64,000 nucleotides of DNA from contig JAQFVV010000007.1 in the NCBI GenBank assembly GCA_028023455.1, forward strand, positions 8,680,001 through 8,744,000, read 5' to 3'. Under the pieces are notes generated by a model. That model was not told the origin of the DNA. It made no database searches and worked only from the letters and a program-made list of their open reading frames with translations. Positions 52,050 through 64,000 of this stretch are shown piece by piece. The DNA is from Epiperipatus broadwayi (taxonomy: Eukaryota > Animalia > Onychophora). The stretch's first letter is position 1; every line of letters starts with the position of its first letter. A program made the position numbers and the translations under genes.

Positions 52050-52440
52050 GTGTCAACTTGAGAATATAAACCAATTTAAATATCTCAGCCGCTTTTTAAA
52101 AAGAAAGATGGAATCAGATGTTAAGGTGCAGCAGGGGTTCCAATGGGTTACTGCTTTTAATAAGTTAGAAATAGAATGTTTCTTCATGATATACTGCAAC
52201 TAAATTATCTGCATATAGTCCTTTTGTTTTGCCTAATTTATTGCATAAAAATGAGACTTGAATATCTAATGACATAACATAAAAGCATTAGAAAAAATTT
52301 ACTTATTGGATGCTGGATAACATTTTAAAAATGTAATGACAAGATCATAAGACAAATTAACAAAATCTTCAACTGGATGAATGCAACTGCATAGCATCCA
52401 CTACTGTAAAATTATATCTTCACTGAATTGGAAAATATAT
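52050..52440 (+). mobile_element. Decayed RTE LINE RT fragment
   Basis: LENINQFKYL; remnants of ETW and QDxITN. Confidence 0.45.
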
Positions 52441-53329
52441 GAATACAAGACTTCCTAAATAAATATTTTATAACAAATTTAAGCATCAGTTTTATGTGAC
52501 CCCATTTACATTTTAAAGATTATTTCAGACATTCTACAGAAGTGCAGTGTTGATTGTTTTCATAAGGAAGATATGGCAGAAAATAGAATATATTAAAGAG
52601 CTATAATTAGACACAATTTTTGGTATTTCAGGAAAAAAGGTATTCTGCAGATGTTGTATGACATTATCAACATAAATAAAACAATAGTCCATCCTGTTCT
52701 GTATGTGGATGGTTATATGTATGATTTACAAATTGGTTTGTATAGTCAATGCAAAACTTATTTCTAATGTAGAGTTATTATTTTATCTTTTTTTCTTTCT
52801 TTCTTGGAGTTGGGATCTCTTGCTCCATTGTGTGTGGTTGTTAATGAGGATGAATGTAGGAATACATATAAAATGTTGATTTTTATAATTAAATAAGAAA
52901 TAAAATATGGATTTCTATAATTAATTAAAGTTCTCTTAATTACTTCTGTGCATTCCTATTTAACACTATTCATTAAGACTTATCTTTTCTAAATCAGATT
53001 TAAAAAAATTTAATCTTCTAACATCTGTTAAAAATATCAGAAAGCCATTTGGTATAAATTTAGATTATAAAAATTATTTAAATATATATAAAGTATTCAA
53101 TATGGTTTGAACAAACACTATATAACAAAAATGATGTATATATGTTTATTTAATTTCTAATCTTTTCTACAGTTACGGAAAAGACTTTTTTTTAAAGATT
53201 TTCTCTAACTTACATAAAATAAATAAAATTGCAATTTTAAAAGGAAGACGGGGTAATAAATACAATAAAAAGTATATTTTAATAACTTACGTTAACAGGA
53301 TCCAAGACCAGCATTTTGGAGGCAAAAAT

Positions 53330-53660
53330 AATAATAATCCAAACTTGAAACAAACAGTTAAGGTATCGTGACAAATGCGGATTCGAAAAATACAATGACG
53401 GAGAGCAGGTGCTATTGTGAGGAAAGAGAGTTTCATCGCTATCATTAATTATTGTCAAAAAAAAAATACATGAGAAACTCTCTCTCTCTTAGCAGATAAA
53501 AAAAAAAAACACCATCAGGTGAAGGAGACTACCAACTGTCCACCTCCCCTCCTCAATTTTGAAATTCGCAGTACACCATCAAAGAAGTGAAAGTGTTTTA
53601 ATTATAAAAACGGATAAAATCAATAAGATAGTACGAAAGGAAGCCAATAGGAAAAATAAT
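53330..53660. promoter_or_regulatory. CpG-retaining regulatory-like island
   Basis: Local CpG enrichment, AGCCAATAG, GA/CT tracts. Confidence 0.25.
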
Positions 53661-54319
53661 ACAGATATAAGTCTAGATTTATTTTATTATGATAATTTAT
53701 TATAAAATGAATAGATAAGATAATTAAATATTAAAATATGATATTTTTTTGCTTTTTAAATAAAAGATCAACTTTAATAAAATGGTCTATAATTTTAGAT
53801 TGTGATTTAATTGCCATCAGCCAAACATAATTAATATCTATCTGTTGTATTGAAAGGAGGTAGAAAAACTTGGCGGAGAATTTCAAAAGCTTCACAAAAT
53901 AAAGCACAGAAAGATTGCCATAAATCAATAATTTAGTAAGATTAAAAGAATATGAATTGAAAGTGAGATACATAGATCAAAACAAGAGTACAAAAGAGAT
54001 TTTTCTTTCCTCTCTTCAATTTTATCAAAGCGGATTCATTTATTTTTATCGATTTATTTGTGATTAAGATAGATTGTCAATTTGGAAAAAAAAAAAAGTC
54101 TAAACCCGTAAATAAAATAAGCAAAGAAATTTCATTTTTTTTTTGCAATATTTCCTACTTCTTAAACTTTAAGAATTTATTATTATCATTGAAATTGTAT
54201 TTTAAAAAAAAAACAATAAATATTCTGCTTTAGAAGTGATACGATAATCTTTATCCTAATATATGATTAGAATTAATTATTAATATATTTATCTGAAGTA
54301 AATGACGTCAGAGTCATAA

Positions 54320-54640
54320 CTCCTGAAAGTTTGACACTTGGAAATCAAAGTATAGTAAAAACAATAATTTAGAAGTTTATATCTGGGATATGAATGATAT
54401 AATAATCTCTAGATTAATAAATATTTACTAATAATAATTAATATATTGCGAAAAGTTTAACACTTGGAAATCAAATTATAGTTCAGACAATAAATTCAAA
54501 AGCATATACTGTATCTAGTCTATGGATAATATTGTAATCTCTAGATTAATAAATGATTATTAATAATCGTTAATATATTCATCAAGAGTGGTTTGTGTCA
54601 AAGTTAAAAGTGCTGAAAGTTTGACTCTTGTAAATCAAAT
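54320..54640. repeat. Three tandem units (about 125-165 bp) sharing GAAAGTTTGACACTTGGAAATCAAA
   Basis: Motif at about 54325, 54450 and 54616; related block at about 33145. Confidence 0.6.
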
Positions 54641-57600
54641 TATAATTATTAGGTATTGGTAAATTCAGAACAAATACAAATAATAAGGAAATATAAAAGA
54701 TTGTTACCTGAATTAACTGAAGACACCTTATTCAGCATGAAATGTAGTTTTAGGAATCATAAATGTACAAAGGAATGGAACATTTTAAAAAAAATGATAT
54801 ACATGGAAAAGGGGAGCTGAAGTTAATATAATACTTGTATTTGAAAAAAAAAAGATATATTAATCTTTAATTAAACATGGCAAAAGTTATATGATAATCT
54901 TTAGTTTATGAAATAATTAACAATACTGAAAGTATATATTTGAAATGAATGATGCAAAGATATGAATGTTAGTACTTTGACACATATACATTAAATTGTA
55001 ATATTTAAAAAAATGTTAAGACATCGTTCTTTCTGGAAAAAAAATAATAAAGAGATCACACAAATTTTGAAATGACTCTTAATTTCATGAGTGAAATATC
55101 CATTATTAATTAATAATTATTTTCAATGTTACCATCAAATAGATAGATGATGATAACTTTTATCATATAAAATTTTGCATTTTGCTTACAGAATCATTTA
55201 AGCTTTGGTATTTCTTATGGCCTTCTATAAATACAGAATAGATGCACTGTAAAAAAAAGATGGGAAAAGTATTGAAATTTTCAAACAATGGTACTGATAT
55301 AGAACTTCGAACTGAATAGCAAAAACAAATAACCATGTGAACTCTTGGGTAGGAATGACTTAATCATATAAATAGCATGGAGCCATAAGTTATGATGTTT
55401 CTGGTAACTTCTTATAAATATGAAATAGGACTATTGAAAAAAAAAAGATAGACAAAATTGATGTTTCCAATCCATGGCACTGCTGAAGACTTTTGATAAT
55501 ATCATGAGCAGCAAAAGAAGTTAAAATGTGGATATGTCATTAGATTAAACTTGAACTGACTTTTATTTGGGTCAAATGATCAGGTTAAAATGTCTTATCA
55601 ATATAGACACATCATATAATGACATAAATCAATAGAAAAATTATAACTTCTAGGTGAAAGAATAAGAGGGATCAGCAGTGGTGTAGACCATATTCATCAT
55701 TCTAATACGGAATGATTATGTGAGAACTTGAAAACCAAATAGTTGATGTTATTCTTATGTCTGGCAGAATCAATATCAACTTGATAATAGCAAATAATAA
55801 TGCAAGAGTAGTTATAATTATTTTCTGCTTCCAAATTTGAAGTTCCCTTGATTTTAGTACAATGGTGATCAAATGTCAGCATAAAGACCCTATTGATGTT
55901 GTTCAGAGTAGATTCAAGAATTTTTAGTAAAAAAAGTAATGATAAGAAAAAAGAATGTTTATTTTCATTATCTAAAGATGTTCAGAGAAGGGATGATAAA
56001 CAGTGTAGATTCTATTATAAAATGGTGTATATGATAGATTTTTAAAAAATGAGATTACACTTAGCTATAACTACACAGTTGCCAAACCATATTTAACAAA
56101 TGTAAATCAATGAGCTTTATTCATAAATGACAATAAAATTATACATATTGAAGCAGATGATCTGATGCTCAGATCCTGCTTCACAGCCCACGTCCAATCT
56201 CTTACCACCTAACGATGTTTAAACCCATCCTTACGCATGTATAAATACTTATTAGTACATATATATTTTTTTGCTTTATTATTTTAACATAAATCATGTA
56301 GATATTTATATATCTTAACCTAAAACTATTTAAGAAATAAATAATTAATATTATTTTCATGTGTATGCGTGCGTAATGGATAAATATATATATTTTCAGG
56401 ATAGGAGATTGCTTAGAAATCATAAAAATTATATTATATATAGTATGTATTTAAAGATCATATATGAAACTTATTATTTTTTTATATTTAATTTAGCAGT
56501 CAGAAATGATGCAATTCTTTTAAAAAGTTTCTTGAAAACAATTACCCGGAAAGGCCCATTAGTTAAAAGTAAAAGATACAATTTTGTAATAGTAAAATAA
56601 ATCCATTCGTGGAGATTTCGTCCATACCAACTTGTTTTAAAATCATAAGACTATTTTAAAACAATCATTTGAGAAACTGATAACAGTATTGCATTGTTTC
56701 AAAAGTCTTACAAGACAAAGGAGATCTGGTCAGCAGATTTTAGTTGGCTAAAGTGCACAAATTGCCTCAGGTCCAGAAGTAGTTGCTATGCTACATCACC
56801 AAAAAAAAACGAGTATAAATACTGCTGGATTTGAATCCAACAAAGAGGAGACAACCATAAATTTTATGATGCTAAACCAAATCCAAGTCAGTCTGAAATT
56901 TTATCCAATGTGCCGTGAGTAGGGGAAATTTCACCTTCTCCTCCATTCCAATATGCTTTTCCCATAACAAAGTCCATATCCCGTACTTATGTACTCTAAA
57001 ATATCTGCCGATTAAATAAATGAATGCTACTTGTCATGTTGTATTCAAACCCTAGATCTACTGCATTAATGCTGATGAACATTACTTGTATCAAGGACTG
57101 CTACTCCATATATCAAGGTAAAGAACTCTAGCTGCTCTTGATTATCAAACTCAGCCTTCTTTATAATAACTATCATCCTGACGCTCTCTTCTGATATTAT
57201 GTTTTAAATTTTTATATTATGTAACTCTCTGTAATATAACTCTATATAACTTATTCTATCATTAAGCCTCTACTTAACATGTTTTCTTTTTATTTCCATG
57301 CGGCAAATAATTCTATTTCATTTTGTTTTATGTATTTATGTTTTTAAAATGTCAATAATATTTCCAAAATCGCTAACATATATTTTATTTCTGTTTTTCC
57401 TACCCATTGTTTATGGGGTAATTAAGAACGTAGGTTAATTAAAAATAAGTTTTATTCAGCTTATGCAGGTGTTTGCAGTTTTGGAAAAGCAAAGTCATTA
57501 AGTTATAAAAATTGCTATAGAAAACAGATTAACATCTGTTTCATAAAATGTTCTTTTTCTTTTTAAATAATAATAATAATGTGCTGTTCTTAAATTACTT

Positions 57601-58887
57601 TATATATATATAAATCTATATTCTATCCCAACTAACCACCCCAATTATCTATGTATCAACTTATTTACTTTCATAATAGCTTTTATTAACTGAGATGTGT
57701 ATTCAGTAAATGTGTGGGGAGTTCTGAATAACTTAAAGTAAAAGGGAGGAGGAATCTTTATGTCTTAAATTTCTATATTTAGTTAAATTTATCATCCATG
57801 CCTGTTCAGCGAGTAGGTCATACCATTACGCAGGGTATTCTATAATTTATGGGTATTAAATGTTTAATATAGTCTTTAAAGCTATACCTTTCATTATCCC
57901 AAGTGTTGCGTGCATATGGGCGATTTCGTTTCTATATTATATATATATGTGCTTTCTTTTACGGAGGTCTCGCAAAGTCGAGCCCCGTCATCATTCTCAA
58001 AGTCCATGAACCAGGCTGTAAAACCATCCTGGGGACATATTTGTTTATATGTGTGTGTGTTATATGAGGATCACTCTGGAAAAACCAGTCCAATAATGCA
58101 CAGCCGACAACTTTGTATATAAACCGAGCCTGCTAACATTTGCAGAGTTATATCGGTATTCTCTTCCAATGAATTCCATGAAGCACATGTTCAGATCCAT
58201 TAATGGATCACATCCAATATGCCACCATGCACGTACCGCCTGTTGTTATATTTCTAGTAAACCCATGAATGTCCATAAGTCGTAATGTTATGATTTTACT
58301 AAACAGACATCTATGTCCATTATTAAAATGTGCGTCATTACGATGAATTTATTTTATTATTATTAATATAAATATTCATTAGCCATCCCACATGTCTGTA
58401 ACTTTATAAATCAAATTAATGGTTATATTTTATACAAATGTAGTATTTCCTTAATAAACAATTATTCTCTTTCAAATCGGTTAAATGCTATTTTTTGTTT
58501 TCTTTGGGGGTGGAATAGTATTTCAATAGTATGTTTCTAAGAGCGCTAATTCTTTATGGTATCTATTATTGGCATCGCTGCAAATGTAATCAAAGGTATT
58601 GTAAAATCTGATTTTTGATATATAAATCAAAGATAATCTTATTTCTTAAAGTCTGACAAATAATCAGACACATTCATTTATGTTTTATCAATATAATAAA
58701 TCTCAAATATATATCATACATTTCTGAATCATTGTGCTTTCTTTTATTTAAATTAATATTAGTTCGTAAGTTGTGCTCATGATGATTAGATGATCTCCAC
58801 TAAAATACATAATTAACATGCAAGGTCACGAGCCTTCATTGATTCTAAATTAGAGTTCATTTTAAGTTAGTCTATCATTAAATTTAG

Positions 58888-59095
58888 CATAGAGTCTTTT
58901 TTGTGTCTCCGATGAGCGATGCCGGCGGTGAAAAATGAAATTAGATCGATATCCTCGGGATTGTTGCTCATAAGTTGATAGATCTGGGAAATAGCAAATA
59001 GGGCAGAATTCATGAGTGTTCCTGACTTATGTATCTTGTGCACGATTGGATTTGAGGTACTTTTGCCTAGATGCTAGGTCTTGTTATGTGAACAT
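58888..59095 (+). mobile_element. S2 repeat copy
   Basis: Homologous to 13255-13017 and 61860-62085 (GATTYGAGGTACTTTTGC). Confidence 0.5.
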
Positions 59096-59744
59096 ACAAA
59101 ACCGACAGGTACAATATATATAAATTAATGTAAATAATACTAAAACATAGATTAAATATAAAATTTAGTAACATTTATTGTACTGAAGCAGTCAATATAT
59201 GGTCCCATCGAGCTTCATGCTTTGCCAGCCATAGTAACTTCCTGTGGGGCCCACAATTTCAACCTCACTATGTATATATGCCATTCACGCACACACTGTA
59301 TGTGTAATAATCCAAGAAAGTCATAAAATTAAAAATATTTAGTAAATAAAACAATAGTGTGCGTGGTATGGATATATATAAGCAATAATCTTAGCAATAT
59401 TATTGCTGAAAATTAGACATTTTCTTTATATAATTTTAACGATATTTTTTTTATATATGTATTTTAATTAAAATGTTGGAATTTAAAAAAAAAAACAAAA
59501 AGAAAAATGGGGAAGGCTTGAAATACTTTTGAAATCGTTAATAAGCTGAAATGATCTTTATCTGTATTCAGATTATTTTCACTAATTAAAATTATAAAAT
59601 TTAATTAAGATTATGAGGAATCTTTTGTTAGTTTTTTTTAGTAAATGTACAAATATCTAAAATAGTATTTTGAGCTTTATCTGTTAAAAAATTTTTTAAA
59701 TTCAAATCAAGAGATTACAGAGATAGTTGTGGGCAAGTGAAACC

Positions 59745-60721
59745 GCATTCTTGGGAGGGGGGGGATTATAAAGGTATATAATGGCCTACAAAACAAAAAG
59801 ATTCTTTATTCAGTATTCAAAATTCAGTAGTCAGTATTCAATATTATTATCAGTAATTTTCCAGAATAATTCAACTCTAAGAAGTCAGGACAAGTTTTGT
59901 GACACGATCTTTGAGTAGAAGAAGTACTTTTCTCCAGATCTCTCAAAAGACTGTCTGCCTGTTGCTGCCATGTTCCATCAATCTGACCGGCCACACAAGA
60001 TGACCATCTGAGTGCTGACCTGACTGTTGACTGCCATACTGTGCCTACTTGCTATGCTGTTTTCTTGAGATAACCTCATTCCATGTAGAGCTGCTTTTAA
60101 TTTAAATCCCTTTTGTAATTTCTAATAAGATGTAGTTAAACCTCTATACTTTAATTCACATATTAATTTATAAGTTTCTGTTAAGTATGCTCTTAAACTC
60201 TCTTTCTATGTAATCCCTTACTAGTATAATGTAAATCTAACTATGCCCTTTCACGTTTAATTATGTTATATAGCTTTGTGTGGCTCCATTAAATATTTAA
60301 CTTATTTTGGTTTATATATATATAATTTATTTTCTTTAATATGCCAATACTACCCAAACCCGCCAGTCTGAAAAAAAGGGAATAATTGTTTAATTTGGAT
60401 AAAAGTGGGGGCTTAAAATCTATCAATAAAGTTTTGTTTATTTTAAATAGAAATCGCTTGCTAGTTTGGTTTTATTTTAAATCTGTTATTCTTGGATTTT
60501 AACTAAAATCTTTTACTGTGGATGAATCCTGCTAAATTTATTGCTTTGAATTTGTCTTTAAAATTTCATTTTTAAAAAATTGCTAACTTTATAATTAGGA
60601 CCATCCTTTCTTGCTGTTGCCTGGAGGGCTAATCCTAGCAGTTTATACTTATATGGGAATCGGAATTAAATATAAATTTTGCTAGTTTAATGTTATAAGT
60701 AAAAGTTATTATTCATTATAA
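59745..60721 (+). mobile_element. PPT plus LTR-like sequence
   Basis: GGGAGGGGGGGA followed by TTATAAAGG and a TATA-like motif; end boundary uncertain. Confidence 0.3.
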
Positions 60722-61859
60722 TTTGTTAAATGACTCATGATTTGTTAAAACATCATTGCGCAGAGGTTAGACTATTTCCATGATTTGAAATATAGATATT
60801 GATTATGTTATATCTAATAACATTACTGGCATACATTTTCTTTTATTATGGTATTTTATCTTTTCCATTTTGTTGTCATGTAGGGACTTCGGAAGTCTGA
60901 AGCTGCCTACTTACCTTTCACTGAATCATTCATAATCAGAAGTATATGCTACTTTTTGCGGAACGTGAGGTGTGAGGTTTTGATTGTGCTACAGAAGTCT
61001 GTACAGTTGGCTCCTGGCATTCAAACCCAACCTCTCTAATTTGGTAATGTTCTGCCAGAATGTGTGGATGTACCAACCTAAGTTAGTTTCAAATATTCTT
61101 TTAAAATGATAAAATGTCCAAAACCGCCATGATAGCTGGATTTCTTTATTGTATGCTAGTGCTGCTACTCTTCTCATTAGTTTGCTCACTGCCTATCTAA
61201 CCTTAGTAAGTTGCAATGATGTGTTGAACATAATGACTCACTTTGTAAAATACGCAATCATATTAATTATTCAGGTTGTTGATTTAAACTGCTTTCGTTT
61301 AAAATCGTTATCAATTCCCAGACATAAATCAATTTGTATTAATGATTGTGTAACTTACTTATTCTCGTAAATGTGGTGCATTGTTTGTTCCTTAGGTATA
61401 TGTTCCAAAGATGACTTTTCCAAACACACCAGTAAAACAGATATAATGACTTTCATATTGTTGATAGATGATTAAATTTGTATCTTCTTGCCTGTTCACA
61501 AAAATCATTTACTGCTAAATCGCAAAGTACCCTTTATAACATTAATCATCCAAACCTGTCACATCCACCGCATTATATCTGTAAACATCTTTAAATTAGC
61601 ATATTAATCCTGCACAAGCTATAACACACTCCATAAAATTATATCCATTAAATAATTAATGTAAAGGGGATTTTATAAAAACAAATTCCAAGTTTTGTAA
61701 ATAGCCAACATCACCCCACGCATGAAACATTTTGTAACATATATATGTGTTTTCTTAATATTTTATTAAATATATATTTCATGTAAATCCTGGTTTCTGA
61801 ATTATTATTTTCTTTTAATTAATAAAATAACTGTAATAAATGTAATTCTTGGGTTACTC

Positions 61860-62085
61860 TTATCTTGATCATCATCATCAGTCGGATCTTATGCTCTACC
61901 ACTGTGATCTGGGCTTGGAATTAAAATAATTATGCTGTATCATCAGAATTGTTCGTTCATGGGGTCAGAGACTCAAATAATAGGTAAATAGGTTAGAATT
62001 CAGGATTGCTCCAGACCTGTGTTTGTCGAGCATGAACGGATTCGAGGTACTTTTGCATGGATTTTGAATCTTGTTGTGTGAGAAG
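61860..62085 (+). mobile_element. S2 repeat copy
   Basis: Homology as above. Confidence 0.45.
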
Positions 62086-64000
62086 ATGGTTTCGACCCAT
62101 ACAGTACCAAGTATACTTTCAATGTTTTTGCAGCCTCATGTTTTAATTTTTTTTAATTGGTTGCTTTAACAATTTTTTTTTTTAAATTTCATGTATACTA
62201 AAGATTTTAATATTACATATTAAACATGAGGAATGTAGTCAGCCAGAAGGCTGTTGTTTCTACTTCAATTATACATTAACCAAAACTTTTTAAGATTAAA
62301 TGTAAATTAAACAAAATATTTTAATATTATATATTGAATCAGGTGGGGTCACTGATAAAAAAATATATATGCATAGAATAACATTTTTACTGTTTAATAG
62401 AAAAACAAATTGTGAAAAACATTATAAACATTTTGTAAGATAAATTGTTGACTTCTTTTATATAGCAAAATGGCAATATTAAAAAATTATTATAAATAAA
62501 TTTGACCACCAACTGCAATCAAATATTGCACCACACCAGTCCCTTAGGAGAGAAGCATAATACCCAGAGAGTACCTATGATCAGGCCAAAGCTATATAAG
62601 ATATATCACCACAAACACATTTCCAAGCCACAGATCTTCTTGACTGCTTGCTTCAACCCATCATTCAGAGCACTTTTTTGTTTTGAAGAAAACTTCAGGC
62701 ACGAATTAACTACAAGGAGTAGTTAACATGCCCTGAATAATGGCAACTAATTCAGTGCCTAAAAAATCCCAACTAGCTCAATGGAAACAAATATAATAAT
62801 AAACTGCTTATATAACTTCTCTGCTAAGTTGTTCTTAGTGGTATAATTAAAGAATTGACTGACAGTGGTTGACAGACAAATACTTTATTTTAAGTAAAAT
62901 GTTTAATATAATTTGTAAACTAATTTTATAAATTTTTAATTAAATAAACAATGATTTTATATATGATAACCTCACACATTCTTAATTAAACAAACAATAG
63001 TAATATAATATAAACATAAAGCATTAAAATAAGTACAAAGCATTAAAACATACTCATATTTTATCATAAGCTATTTGTAGTTCATTTTATGCTGGCTCTG
63101 AAAATACTCAAACATTGCAAGGGTTACTTTGATTAACATCAGGAATTGGAATAAGAAAATGTTATTACCTATAGGATTTTAAATGTTGTGACTTCTTGTT
63201 CTTTGCTGCTGCAAGTGTTTTACCACCCGGTTGGATTTTAGGCTTCAGATGTGGTCCTGATGCTTGTGGTTCCAGGCTACTTCTTACTCAAGGCAGTTAG
63301 ACACTTTTTGGAAGTTACAAACTATTAGACAGGCAGACTGCTGGTGTTCTTGTAGATGAAGATTGGACTGCATCACATGCTCTGAAAACTGCTTAGCACT
63401 GCATTGTATTTATTTAAAAAATAAGTCTAATAGGTTATTGACTCTAGACAAGTGAATGACTGACTGATGAAATTTTTGGCCCTATTTATGTGATGATCTT
63501 GTTGTTATGTTTTAGTTAATTTTTTTTTTAAATCCACTGCTTTTGTAGATCAAATTTTGGATAAGATGCATTTTTAATTAGTCCTGTTGTTTATGGATTT
63601 TAATTAGTTAATTAGTAGCCAGTTCTAATCCCATTCCTATGTAGCTTATCAGTATATGCAATCTTTGAGGGAATTTTTTAACTTCAATTATGAACTTTCC
63701 TTTTATATTTTTATATTTAACTTTTAACATGCACACATTTTATTATTTTCTTTATATTTAAAAGCAACATTATTTACGCACACATAAATTTATTTTATTT
63801 TAAATAAATGGAAAGAGAGATTTTTTTTATTTTTTTTAAGATTTATTTTTTTCTTTAATAGTTTTAAATTTTCTCAGTTCAATTACCCCCAGGCTAACTG
63901 CATTTTCTTTTAATAAAACTAACTTTCTAAATACCACTTTGTTAATTAATTCTAAAGTTTAGTTTTTGCCAAATTAAATTTTCTCCCCCCTCTAATTACT

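Noticed and set aside
56690-56913. Open frame with an in-frame TGA (selenoprotein idea)
   Set aside because: No SECIS or homology; more likely a decayed transposase zinc-finger region.
60989-61206. Overlapping short ORFs and signal-peptide-like MSKTAMIAGFLYCMLVLLLFSLVCSLPI
   Set aside because: Early stop; no consistent splice partners or homology. May be UTR.
63641-63652. TAGCTTATCAG, the start of miR-21
   Set aside because: 11-nt chance match with no precursor hairpin.

Overview
Very AT-rich eukaryotic DNA (roughly 25-30% GC by eye), probably from an invertebrate animal. It is mostly intergenic/intronic and dominated by old transposon debris: RTE and other LINE fragments, several mariner/Tc1/pogo remnants, THAP-like remnants, tRNA-type SINEs, a gag-only Ty3/gypsy element, minisatellites and (TA)n tracts. 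No complete host gene, rRNA, intact tRNA or CRISPR array is supportable. There are a few CpG-retaining promoter-like islands and some candidate short exons, all low confidence. Most notable: (1) six fold-back elements in three sequence families whose centres carry minimal hammerhead-ribozyme motifs or remnants of them, as expected for inverted Penelope-like pseudo-LTRs or retrozyme-like elements; (2) a hAT MITE at the window start that resembles, from memory, the horizontally transferred Myotis hAT1 family; (3) a gag-only LTR element with a tRNA-Lys PBS and errantivirus-type AGTTAC termini, back-to-back with a related LTR. All identifications were made by eye, without database searches.
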